Shown here one piece after another: positions 24,101 to 32,999 of a stretch of DNA of 33,713 nt. A program made the translations under genes and the position numbers. The DNA lies in NCBI RefSeq assembly GCF_030028105.1, contig NW_027276920.1, forward strand, positions 1 through 33,713. Reading direction: 5' to 3'. This DNA comes from Mobula birostris (Eukaryota). The notes under the pieces are model-generated. The model saw nothing but the letters and a program-made list of their open reading frames with translations. It was not told the DNA's origin and did not search any database. Every line of letters starts with the position of its first letter. Within the stretch, counting starts at the first letter, position 1.

Positions 24101-26138
24101 CGATCAAAGCTTGCAGCGGGTTATGGACCAGGTCTAAAAATGCGTTGAAAATGGCAGATAGGATTTAATGAAGGTAATTGTAAGCTGTTGTACTTTAAGA
24201 AGACAAACCATTCTCCGATACACATCGTCAACGAGACTGGGATTGACGAATGCGGTAAAAAATGATCTTGGAATACAGATTGATAATTCATTGGAAATGG
24301 AGCAAAAGGCAGTGGTTTCGTAAAGATAACCTTTGTCATATTGGACTTCACATATCAGAGTATTGAGTGTAAAAGTTGGAATGTTATGCTGAAGTTGCAT
24401 TAGACGTCAGTGAGAACAAATTTGGTGTATTGTTCACAGTTCTGGTTAATTATCTGCAGGAAAGTTATAAATATGATTGAATGAGTACAAAACAACTTAC
24501 AAGATGTGGCATGAATTTGAGGACATGGATTATGAGGAAAGGTTTAACAGGTAAGGATTTTTTGAATGATTCGTAAGAGAACGAGCGACCATTTGATCGA
24601 GGTATACAAAATTATGAGGGATGTAGATATATGGTGTATACAAGCCTGCATCATCCACTGAGGTTGGGTGAGAGTGTAATTGGAATTCATAGCTTCAGAG
24701 TGAAATGAAAAGTATTAAAGGCGAACCTGGTGGGAAACGTCTTTACTCGGCCGGTGATGCTATTGTGGAGTGAGCTGCCAGAGGAGGTGTTTGCGACCGA
24801 CTCTCTACCCGTTACAGTACTATCCAATCGTATCAAAATTCACCTTAACCCTGAGAGGTCCATATTTCTCACAATTTATATGGTGAAAGAAGTATAGATT
24901 TTGCTAACCCTGCATGACAAAAGTTGGAATGACATTTTGCAGTGCATGTGATAGATGTTGGAATTAACTCATTTGGAGCTGGGTATTATTCCTGTCTACT
25001 TGTTGATGCGGAATTGGAGCATTGTGCTGCTGCATGGAGACCCTTTGACAGAGATTACTCTATTTAAGTATTAATATTCTGCGTCCTCTGTGCTGAGGAA
25101 TCGAGTTATCCAACTCCAGCCATTCACATTAATATTAATATTATTTCAGCCTCTTGCTTGCAACACAATCCTAACCTTGCTTGAAAAGTAAAGTAATTCG
25201 TTGTATTCAAAGTACCTTTGTGATAATGAGGGTGAAGTCCTAAGGTATCACTAACCTTGGACATTCGGTTTAATTGGGAGATAGCTGATGAGCAGGGCTG
25301 GACGAATAGCAGTGGGGAAAGAACCGAGGAAATACGATACGATAAACAGAATCAACTTCATTATGCGCCTAATAGTTGCTACACGAAATGTGATTAATTC
25401 TTCTGTTCTTTATAATTCTGAATTGAGAATCCCTGGACTGGGGTATATTTTAACGCGGGGAACAAATGTATTCTCGCCGCTTGTTTAGTCAAATAGAAAC
25501 ATTTATTATCATCCTCATCACTAAGTTTGATGTAAAATGCACAGAGCCGAAAATCTCCAAACAGCCACACTCACCGAACACAGTGAGGCTGGTGCCACAG
25601 CTACTCACGAAAAATTGCTCCTGAAACTTTACTTCACAGTAATATAGTCCAGAGTCGCTGAATTTGACATTTCGGAGTACAAGCGTTCCTCTTCCCCTTT
25701 CTACAGTAAATTGTCTTCTGCTGTCCCTTTCTAAAAATGCCTTCTCGCCTTGCCTCCGCCAACGAATGTCAACAGTATCTTGTGATAGTGGAAATTTGCA
25801 GAACATCGTGACATTCGCACCACCCGGGACGTTCAGGTCCCGCGGGAATTGAGATACTTCGTTCGCCGTTACTTTGACGACTGCCGGAAAAATAAACAAG
25901 AGTATTAACAACAGTTAAACACAGTGAATTAACAAAAACTGATGACGTAAGTCACTGGACATCTAACAGCGAAAAACGGCCGAATAGATGAAAAACGGTA
26001 ACCGAATATGCTGCAGGCACCCAGGGTTAAATATTATGAAATAGAATATTCAATTCGGAAACGGCGTGTATAAATCAGCATACTTAGCCAAGTAATAACC
26101 AGAAGTGTCATGTACGAAACCGTAAACTTCTCCACCAT
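12053..26138 (-). CDS. Seven-exon SIRP-like inhibitory IgSF receptor: leader-VJ-C1-TM-cytoplasmic ITIMs, 344 aa. Exons 26138-26084, 25880-25575, 22385-22098, 21495-21397, 20757-20714, 16879-16769, 12184-12053
   Basis: All introns are GT-AG with compatible phases (1,1,1,1,0,0). Exon lengths 55+306+288+99+44+111+132=1035 nt, open to TGA. Domain order is that of a type I membrane receptor. Confidence 0.78.
12905..13390 (+). repeat. SINE-like interspersed repeat with purine-rich body; related short pieces at ~21960-22075, ~30290-30560 and ~32460-32640
   Basis: gattctgcagatgctggaaatc start and GA-rich body. Related copies carry a gacgttt..gacccttcatcagaactg-like motif. Family not identified. Confidence 0.55.
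13480..14880 (+). mobile_element. CR1 LINE 3' part (RT and 3' UTR), antisense within intron 6
   Basis: QHGFLKGKSCLSNL, LDFQKAFVKVPH, KFADDTKI, RTRGHDFRIEG. 3' end gaatggcctacttctgcttctatatt. Confidence 0.9.
14894..15124 (+). mobile_element. tRNA-derived HE1/V-SINE-type SINE, interrupted near its 3' end by the Tc1 element
   Basis: A-box-like tggctcggtagcgtagcgg and B-box-like ggtttaattcc. Core tt.cctcccacgttccaaa resembles the V-SINE domain. The tail tatctctaaa resumes at ~16719. Confidence 0.7.
15125..16716 (+). mobile_element. Tc1-family IR/DR transposon, ~1.6 kb, transposase inactivated
   Basis: TA|CAGTGGCGTGCAAATTTTGGGCACCC left end. Long (~200 bp) inverted repeats with internal direct repeats. 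DD34E remnants: LWTNEVKIELFG (D>N), DNDPEH, WPSESPDLNIIENLW. Start codon lost; stops and frameshifts present. Confidence 0.92.
16769..16879 (-). CDS. Exon 6 (cytoplasmic): ADQAAVDDTTPHVSLNMRESKGFRKDRQEEECIIYSQ
   Basis: Acceptor gtgtttttccaacag|GCT and donor CAG|GTAAAG. 111 nt, phase 0-0, open. Acidic stretch precedes a Tyr. Confidence 0.65.
18665..19260 (+). repeat. Unclassified interspersed repeat (SINE or LINE-3'-like)
   Basis: GC-richer block from caagatggcgg to gacaataaaagagg..(ataatc)n tail, contrasting with AT-rich flanks. Its ORFs have no recognisable motif. Confidence 0.4.
19295..20660 (+). mobile_element. CR1 LINE 3' part, antisense within intron 5
   Basis: GRSCLTNLLEFFEE, QGSVLGPLLF, KCEVLHFGRTN, RPNLEYCVQFW, KTRGHGLRLKG. 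Tail (ttctatgg)-like ends about 50 bp from exon 5. Confidence 0.93.
20714..20757 (-). CDS. Exon 5 (cytoplasmic): (G)INTSSLDRCQSEEL
   Basis: Acceptor ttttatttttcttaag|GG and donor CTG|GTAAGT. 44 nt, phase 1-0. Confidence 0.68.
21397..21495 (-). CDS. Exon 4 (transmembrane): (G)ADTKFILACALGGSAILALIIVLVKVKLKRLH
   Basis: Acceptor ttccccctgttgatccacaag|GC and donor G|GTAAGA. 99 nt, phase 1-1. A 20-residue hydrophobic run with no charged residue is followed by a basic stop-transfer stretch KVKLKR. Confidence 0.88.
22098..22385 (-). CDS. Exon 3: Ig C1-set domain
   Basis: LLCKTAAFYPEKLEIIW..NVDGLYEVFSLLEI..YTCLVSHGSL matches the C1 consensus CxxxxFYP/W/DGxY/YxCxVxH. Acceptor tcaag|CT and donor G|GTAAGA. 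288 nt, phase 1-1. Confidence 0.92.
22500..23640 (-). mobile_element. CR1 LINE RT fragment (sense to the gene) in intron 2
   Basis: GNYRPVSLTSLVVKMLESIIKD and GLEYKSKNVMFRLYKALVR. Degenerate. Confidence 0.88.
23680..24790 (+). mobile_element. CR1 LINE 3' fragment, inverted relative to the adjacent CR1
   Basis: Degenerate CLTNLNELFE, cagtgagaacaaatttggtgtattgttcacagttctgg (RPNLEYCVQFW-like) and 3' UTR-like gagtgagctgccagagg. Confidence 0.8.
25575..25880 (-). CDS. Exon 2: Ig V-set domain with an integral J-like G strand (VJ-type)
   Basis: VSQFP..GANVTMFC..W..TLVLRNVKFSDSGLYYC..SCGTSLTV. Acceptor ttgtttatttttccggcag|TC and donor G|GTGAGT. 306 nt, phase 1-1. Confidence 0.93.
26084..26138 (-). 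CDS. Exon 1: leader MVEKFTVSYMTLLVITWL(I), continuing VKVTA in exon 2
   Basis: AAGATGG is a strong Kozak context. Hydrophobic core present. Phase-1 donor A|GTATGC fits the V exon. Predicted cleavage after VTA. Confidence 0.7.
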
Positions 26139-26159
26139 CTTACAGAAACCAAAGCGACC

Positions 26160-26275
26160 AAATCTTGCAATGCAAGTGGTATTTTAAAGAAGGAAAAGGA
26201 CTTCGTGAGGAAATGTATTAATTATGTAAACATGACGCAGGATGACGCCACCGCCAGGCAGAATAATGTGGTTCA
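26160..26275 (-). promoter_or_regulatory. Candidate leukocyte-type promoter region
   Basis: Within ~140 bp of the ATG: TTGCAAT and TTATGTAA (C/EBP-like), GAGGAAAT (ETS/PU.1-like), two TGACGC half-CREs 10 bp apart, TGTGGTT (RUNX). These are short motifs and may be chance. Confidence 0.35.
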
Positions 26276-28684
26276 GATTTGAACCCTGTCTCGGCTGGGA
26301 GGAAAATAAGAACTCTTACAATTCTAATTTTTATATGGCCTACCTAATGCTTCCGTAATTATGTTGGAAATCTTGCCCTCTTGCTGAATACAGGAATTAT
26401 CTAAGTCTTTATTGAGCTATAAATTCAAATCTGTACTCTGCGCATTTTGATGGTAAAGATGGAAATCCGCTTAGGAGTTGAAAAATGTCTAATAAGTTAG
26501 GCGGACAAAAACAATAACAGTATTTCTTCATTCCAATTTACCTTGGCAGTTTTGCTCCATTTCAATTATATACCTTCGGTCAAATGGCACCCTGCGGGTT
26601 TCTCTAGTAAAGCAGTTGCGTTCATGCGGCCAGAAGACTTTAAGCTCCGACGGGTGCGGACGGTGTTATATAAATGAAAAATTTGCTTCTCTTGATAAAT
26701 TCCTTTACGGTTTGGTTATAACGGTTCGATTAATGAACTACTGCTGAATGTCTGGATTGCAAAACAATAAGGAAATGATGAACGAGCCTGGTTTGAACAG
26801 CAAGTACATTGCCCCGGACGTCGAAATGCACATATCTCCTGCACAATGTATGATTTTGGGTTCTGAGCATTGATGACAAAAAGAAACGACATATCATATG
26901 GTCGCGTATTCAAAAACGAATTAATAATGAAATACTTCTGCTGTTTGACAAGATTAAAGAAATTGTCAAGAAATATTCCATTGCTCCCAGTGAGGAGCTT
27001 TATAAAGGGAGCGTCGAACTTCAAGCAATTTTCATGAGACAAAAGCATATAATGTGAAACCTTCATAAATTAATTCCATTGACAGATTTCAGTCTGTTTT
27101 CTCAAAGTAGGCCGCATAGTACTCAGGTTTCTTACTCGCTGCTGTGACCAGTTCACAAGTAGAACTCACTGAGAAGCAGCAGCAAATACTGTCTGTGATA
27201 GAAATAGATTTCGGGTATAGGGTGTTGATCACATAAAGAGTGAGCATAGATTTCAAACAGCAAGTTATTCAGTTTAATGATAACAGAGATTCAAAAGGTA
27301 CTGCGATAAAATCTATAAAGGGCGCATCGAGGAAGCCTCGGATCATTGATTGCAGTTCCGAGGCTCCATTTTAAATCCAATAAACACGAGCAGTTCCATT
27401 GGGGAAATGCTGCTCTTTCAAATATCTCCTACAGTTCCACAAAGTAAATGAGAGACAACAGGATAGTCAATCGAGCAAAAATTTTAACCCGATACAGAAA
27501 AAAAGGGTTAGCACGCACCCTTGTGTCTAAGCTAGCAGGGTATAAATTTTTATCCATTTATAAAATGACAACACGGAATATTCAAAAGCATCTTGGTTGG
27601 CAATGAAACAATACTGAGCTTCCATGTGCTTCCTACGAACGGAGTTAAGATTCTGATTACCATGTCAGACACCTCGCCATTTTGAGCAGTTACATTTCCG
27701 AATTTCCACGCAGCGGTGGGAATGTTATGCCTTTTTCATAGAAGCTTTGTCACCATTATTAAATTGTATCTCCTGTCTTCTTAGATCTGAAATTATGTAG
27801 CTGCTTGGGGCTTAACGTTGTTCACAGGTAACACAAATTTTGTCAATTGGATCCCACGGGATGTGATTGAGGTCAGTTTGTAGAGGAGTTTATCCGGGAG
27901 TGGATATGGACGTTGACGTCCTGCTGTAGATCTGATGAATCGTAAGAGACAATTCTAATGAGGGTCAGCTTAGTTTTACGTTACAGGTAACTTGTGATGC
28001 CGAATACATAAATGTGTCTGCGGCAGAAACCACTATTTCCAGAAAAGTTTTCTGTCGAGATTTCTGCCTTGATCTTCAGATATTCCTTTTTCTCGACAGA
28101 TAAATACCAAAGATGAGAGTGCTCTGATTAGTTCCCCATGAACCACTCTCTGTTCTCCATTAGTCCATTCTTCATGTGGCGTAAGAATAGAGCAGTAACT
28201 TAGACCAATTACTAAGCACTTCAAAACAAACTTGCTAATAAAAATTGGCCTCGGTTGAGCACGGTTGGGATTATCATGGTAGCTCTTAGGTGCCAAACTG
28301 AATAACGCTGCCGATCATTTTCAGTTTTAAATGCTTTAGAGATAAACTCTACATCTCTATGTTTTTAACAGCATAAATTTGTTCAGCTTTAACTGGGGCG
28401 GATGGCAAGGGTAAGTAGAAGGCATTTTGTTCTTTTCAATTTATTGTTTTTTTGATTTCAAATGTTTGAATACATGGCAATCTCAGAAAAATCAAGATCT
28501 TTTTAAATGTTAAGCACAGCTATGGTTAGGCCAAAGGATTGAGTGTAAATCTAGATTTCTAATTTGTGACACAAATTTGTACACCGGACGAGATAATCCT
28601 TTATATTATTGCGACTTTAAATGTCTCTGCCTTCATTACAAACATATTCCGAATTGTTTTCAGCAAGGTTCTTCTAGGATAAGT

Positions 28685-29240
28685 GTTTCAACTGAATTTG
28701 ATTATTGTTTAATAGATAATAGGGAGCTTAATTGAAGTTAGTTGACTGCAAAATTAAAGCTACTGTTTGATACTACTTTGTAGAAGTCACAGGAAACAAT
28801 CAGCAAGCCAGGCAGCGTCTGCTGAGAGAAATAATGTGAACACTTCAAGTTGATAATTTTTCACTAGGTCATGAAGAGGAATGATTTGTATTTTCCCCTT
28901 TTTATAGTAGGTTCCCAATGTTTTCTGCTTAATTACGGAGTGCAAACACCTGCAATCCTTTTTTCCATTAATTTCCCAGCTTTCCAATAAATGATCAAAC
29001 TTGATATAAGCCGAACACAAAGCGACCTGACCTTACTTCCCCTTTCATTTAAAAGTATAGTGGAAAACTTTAGATCAAGAAGCACCTCTCGACATTGCCA
29101 CTTCATGTAATGTTGTCTACCTGTTTCTTGTTCCCTTAACACTGCTTTTAACATAACAACGGACTAGTACAGCGCAGGATTCGGACATTCGGCTAAGCTG
29201 TCTGCCGCGAACATGATGCCAAATTAAACTAAATATCTAC
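28685..29240. repeat. Copy 2 of the diverged duplication (partner 2768-3326)
   Basis: Same colinear blocks as copy 1. Lies about 2.5 kb upstream of the receptor ATG. Confidence 0.8.
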
Positions 29241-30599
29241 TGCTTGCAGTCCCTCATTTAATTAATCAGAAAGGAGAATGTTTTCCCCATGAAATCGGCT
29301 TATGATGTCTTTTAATCTTCAAAGTAATTGGTTCTCCATTCAATGCTCTCAGAGAATGACTCACACATAAATATCATGTATTTAGCTAATTTAATAATTC
29401 TTTCGTATACTTATTTCCAGAATGAACATAGCACAGAAACAGAAAATATAGACGTTGCAGCACAACTTGAGAAACATTTAGCTGACAGGAGCAAAAAATC
29501 AAATATTGCTTAAATTAGATTTATTGACCTACTTTTAAACATCAAGTGTGATAACACGAGCTGTCTGCTACATAGAGGTTTCAGAGAGGAGCAATCTTTG
29601 ACCACAAATTTTCCATGATGTTACCAGCAGGCTCATGAGTGCAATTCTATTCTCAGGTAGCGTATTAGGTCCCATTAACACAAGATACAAATGCAATCTT
29701 AGTAAACTGACAGATGAATTGAAGTTCTATTCCGAACATCTTTTTTACAGAAAACATGCAGAAGCTCGCATGCAAATATTCGCATTTGTGAATAATAAAC
29801 AGGATGTGAAAATATATCTATTTTAAGAGGATGCAAAACTTCATCGGAATTGAACAAAAGCAGCTGGCCTTTCAAATGGCAGAAAAAACAGGAAAGGAAA
29901 AAAAAAGAATGTACTCACTTCTTTCGAAGTTAATTGAAATACTTGGATTCATAATTCACAAATGTAGAGTTAACAGTCCAGAAACACAATTCTGTGGAAA
30001 GAAGGTAAATGGAAGTTTTAATTCTGTTGATCTCCCTGCACATTCTAACGTGATCTGTTGAATATTCCGTGCATTCCACATTCAAGAGCCCAGCAAGTTG
30101 GACCATTCGTCTTTTTTGTTATCTATTCTATTAGGCTACTTTATATGCCTTGAATATGGAAGTTTATTCAGTTTCTTATGCTAACATAATCTGTAAAAGT
30201 CGAGATTCCCACAGGTGTAAATGATCCGCGAGATGAATATGCCATTTGGAACAATTTTCAACTGCTGAGGCAGCTAGCATGAAAGGAGGGTTAGGGAGGT
30301 ATAGATTCTGGATGGTGTTGAGCAGATGGCAAAGGCTACCAGTTCTGTAATCTATCAAATAAAGGAGAGAAATAATGGGGACCATTACAGGAGAGGTGAA
30401 GGGCAGATGGAGCCAGGGCAAAATGGGGGAAGGGGAAGGCTTTGTTTGAATTGTGTGTGTTGTCGATGGATGCAACCACTGGGTAGCAAAGTTTTTTGGA
30501 AAATGGTGCTCCTTCAGATGTGGATGAGATATTCTGCCTGAAGCTGAATGGAATGATAATTTCACATTACTTGTATCAGGAAGAAAATTGGAGAAACAA

Positions 30600-32130
30600 G
30601 GCATAAACTTTTATTGATTATAAAGCGTTTAAATTTATAACAGTAATGTCGCCTGGCAATAATTCAACTAAGTTAAAATATTTTGTGAAGATTTCCGTTT
30701 GTATTCAATGCCGAAGGCTTCTTCAATAAATGTCCAACAACAATCCGCCAGCATTAATGGATTCCAGCTGCCTTGATTCAATTTTTTCATGACCACAATC
30801 TCCTTCTGAATCCTTTCACCATGCTCGTTACGAACAGCACCAAGATTTGCATGGAAGAATGCAGAAAATGAATTTTTTCTGACATGCTGCACTTCATGGT
30901 TTTGTGTGCTTGAAGTATGTTGTCAAGCAGCTGCATGTAGTTTGATGCTCTGTGGTTGCCAATATTTTGTTTTGAACGACATCCTTGAATGCCTTCCACT
31001 GGATTTTCTCTGGTCCCTCTAGACATTCTTCGAATGGCCTGCCATTTATGACCTGTTTGATGTGCGGACCAACAGAAAAAGCCTTCCTTAATTTTGGCAT
31101 CAGTTATTCTGGGAAACATCTCTCTCAAATATCGAAATCATCCACAGAAATTCTTGTACCCGGAGACAGCAGATTTCATCCTTGTAGTTTTGAATCCAGT
31201 AATTCTGCTTTTGCCTTTGACAAACCCAAGTCGCTGACAAAGTCATTTAACTCAGACTGAGTATCACAAGAGGCTCACTCGACATAAAGAGTCCAAAATC
31301 TGTATCGGTATCAGTGTCGGTTGTCTATTCCTGCCACTTACACATTGTTATCTTCCTCTTCCTCCTCTAGACTGTATGTCCCTGGTGTCTTCAGTACTGC
31401 AAGACTATCATCATGCGGCTGAAGTCTCGATGCTGAAAGGAGATCGCAGTGTTCAATCCATTTCTTGTTTATAACAGAGAAACCAGGCACGCTGGTCAGC
31501 TAGAACTAGCTCTCGCCATATCATCGGTACCACGAATGCTGTTGTCTTCCGAACATCTCTGAGGCAAAGTCTCAGATCAATAACGCCTGTTGAGCAACAA
31601 ATGTGAAGGACCTAGGCATTGAGTTGGTCGCCAATCTTACACTCAAAGTAGAACTCATAGGCTTTCTTAAAAAGAAGAGTTATGCTTCCTGGTTGAGGTT
31701 AAAGCTTATACTCTCCACACAGAAAATATCGCGGTTGATGCAACATTGGCGAGACATCTTGCTTTCACAAATACTACTGAAAATAAAATAACTTGACTAT
31801 AATGAATACACACAATATGCTATGCCCGCCGAACATGCGCATGAACATGACCAATGCACACTTAAACGCAACGCAAAGAACAGAGTGTGCATGATGCTTT
31901 TATAATCTTTCTAAAACCTGTCCTGCCATGCAGTATCCGCCCTGCTTAATACCCGAACAAGAAGAAAACTTTTCAGCTTACATCGTGGGCAACCATTTAA
32001 TTGACTTGAAGTATGAATTGAAATAACAAATATAGGCGATTTAAAAATGGTATGTGATAGGGAAACTTCATGGTGACTTTCATGATCAGCAGTACAAAAT
32101 CCCTGAGACAAACCGAAAGGTATCAAGGAT
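30600..32130 (-). mobile_element. Chapaev-type (CMC superfamily, Chapaev3-like) DNA transposon, internally deleted; transposase remnant ~31757-30730; ends approximate
   Basis: MSRQCCINRDIFC.., KKAYEFYFECKIGDQ, QSELNDFVSDLGLSKAKAELL, REMFPRITDAKIKEG, SEKIHFLHS, NLGAVRNEHGER, WNPLMLADCCWT. Several frameshifts. TIRs not resolved. Confidence 0.72.
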
Positions 32131-32999
32131 GTAAATTCTTTGCTGTCCGGTGAACTCGAAGGGGTGGTGGCGAACACATGTGCCTTGGAGCTGAGGGGTG
32201 GAAGAAGATGGGGCGGGGCGAGACACAGTATACTAGGGTTTATCTACAGCTGCCGAACGTAGCATCCAAGTTCTTGGGTTATGGAATATGAAAGCAGAAT
32301 ACCCAGAGACAGGCCACAGAATGTTAACCTTTGATGCAAAGGACCTGGTAAGGGACAAGAAAGCCGTGCTGCAGCAAGGGAAAATGACTCGGTTCAGCCA
32401 CAATTGCGAACCATTCTGATCTTTTTAAATGGTATGTGTTGCTTAGAGGAAGTACAGTGAAGCTTCTCTAAATTGGGTCAAACAACATCGATGGAGAGAA
32501 GTGAACAGTCGAAGTTTCGTATTCAGACCCTTCATCAGAACTGGAAGAACGGAAAGGAGGAGGACAGGTAGCCAGTATTTAAAGGTCAGGAAAAGGTTGG
32601 AGCAAGAGTTGGAGAATAATAACTGGATCCAGGTGAGAAAGTGATTAGCATCACTCTCCGAAATCACTTGATCCTCCCTTGCATACTTGCAAACTACCTC
32701 GATGTTTAATCAGACTAAATTCCTCGCTCACGATCATGGCTGATCCAATCAGAAACTTTGATTCTGGTTTTCTTTTCGTCTGCAACTCACATCGGTATCA
32801 GTCAGCAGTACTTTGTAGCTACTCGGTTGCTTTCTAAAATTCTCTAGAAAACTAATGATATGATTTACGCCATGTAATCTAAATGTCTGGAACAATGAAG
32901 AAAATCATTTTTCAAATCTCGTTCTGCCAGAGAGCGCGTTTGCGTTCAGCTGATGAACTGACGAATCCTATGATTAATGGTACCCACGACTGAGGTACA

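Noticed and set aside
25579-25617. CACAGTG inside the V exon as a functional RSS indicating a rearranging locus
   Set aside because: It is simply the Leu-Thr-Val codons of the J-like strand. The best nonamer (ACGAAAAAT, 6/9) is at a 21-bp spacer, and no separate D or J segments are seen.
25881-25911. ORF-track N-terminus MLILLFIFPA as the signal peptide of the V domain
   Set aside because: It starts at TTG and is the intron polypyrimidine tract ending in cag. A proper ATG leader exon with a phase-1 donor lies at 26138-26084. Likewise GECGC.. after the V exon and MIQ/KMVS around the C1 exon are intronic.
27086-28060. Plus-strand peptides with Tyr motifs (QVSYSLL* and AEYINV) after AG dinucleotides
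   Set aside because: No leader, Ig or TM exon on the plus strand to attach them to, and no consistent exon chain. Short motifs are expected by chance.
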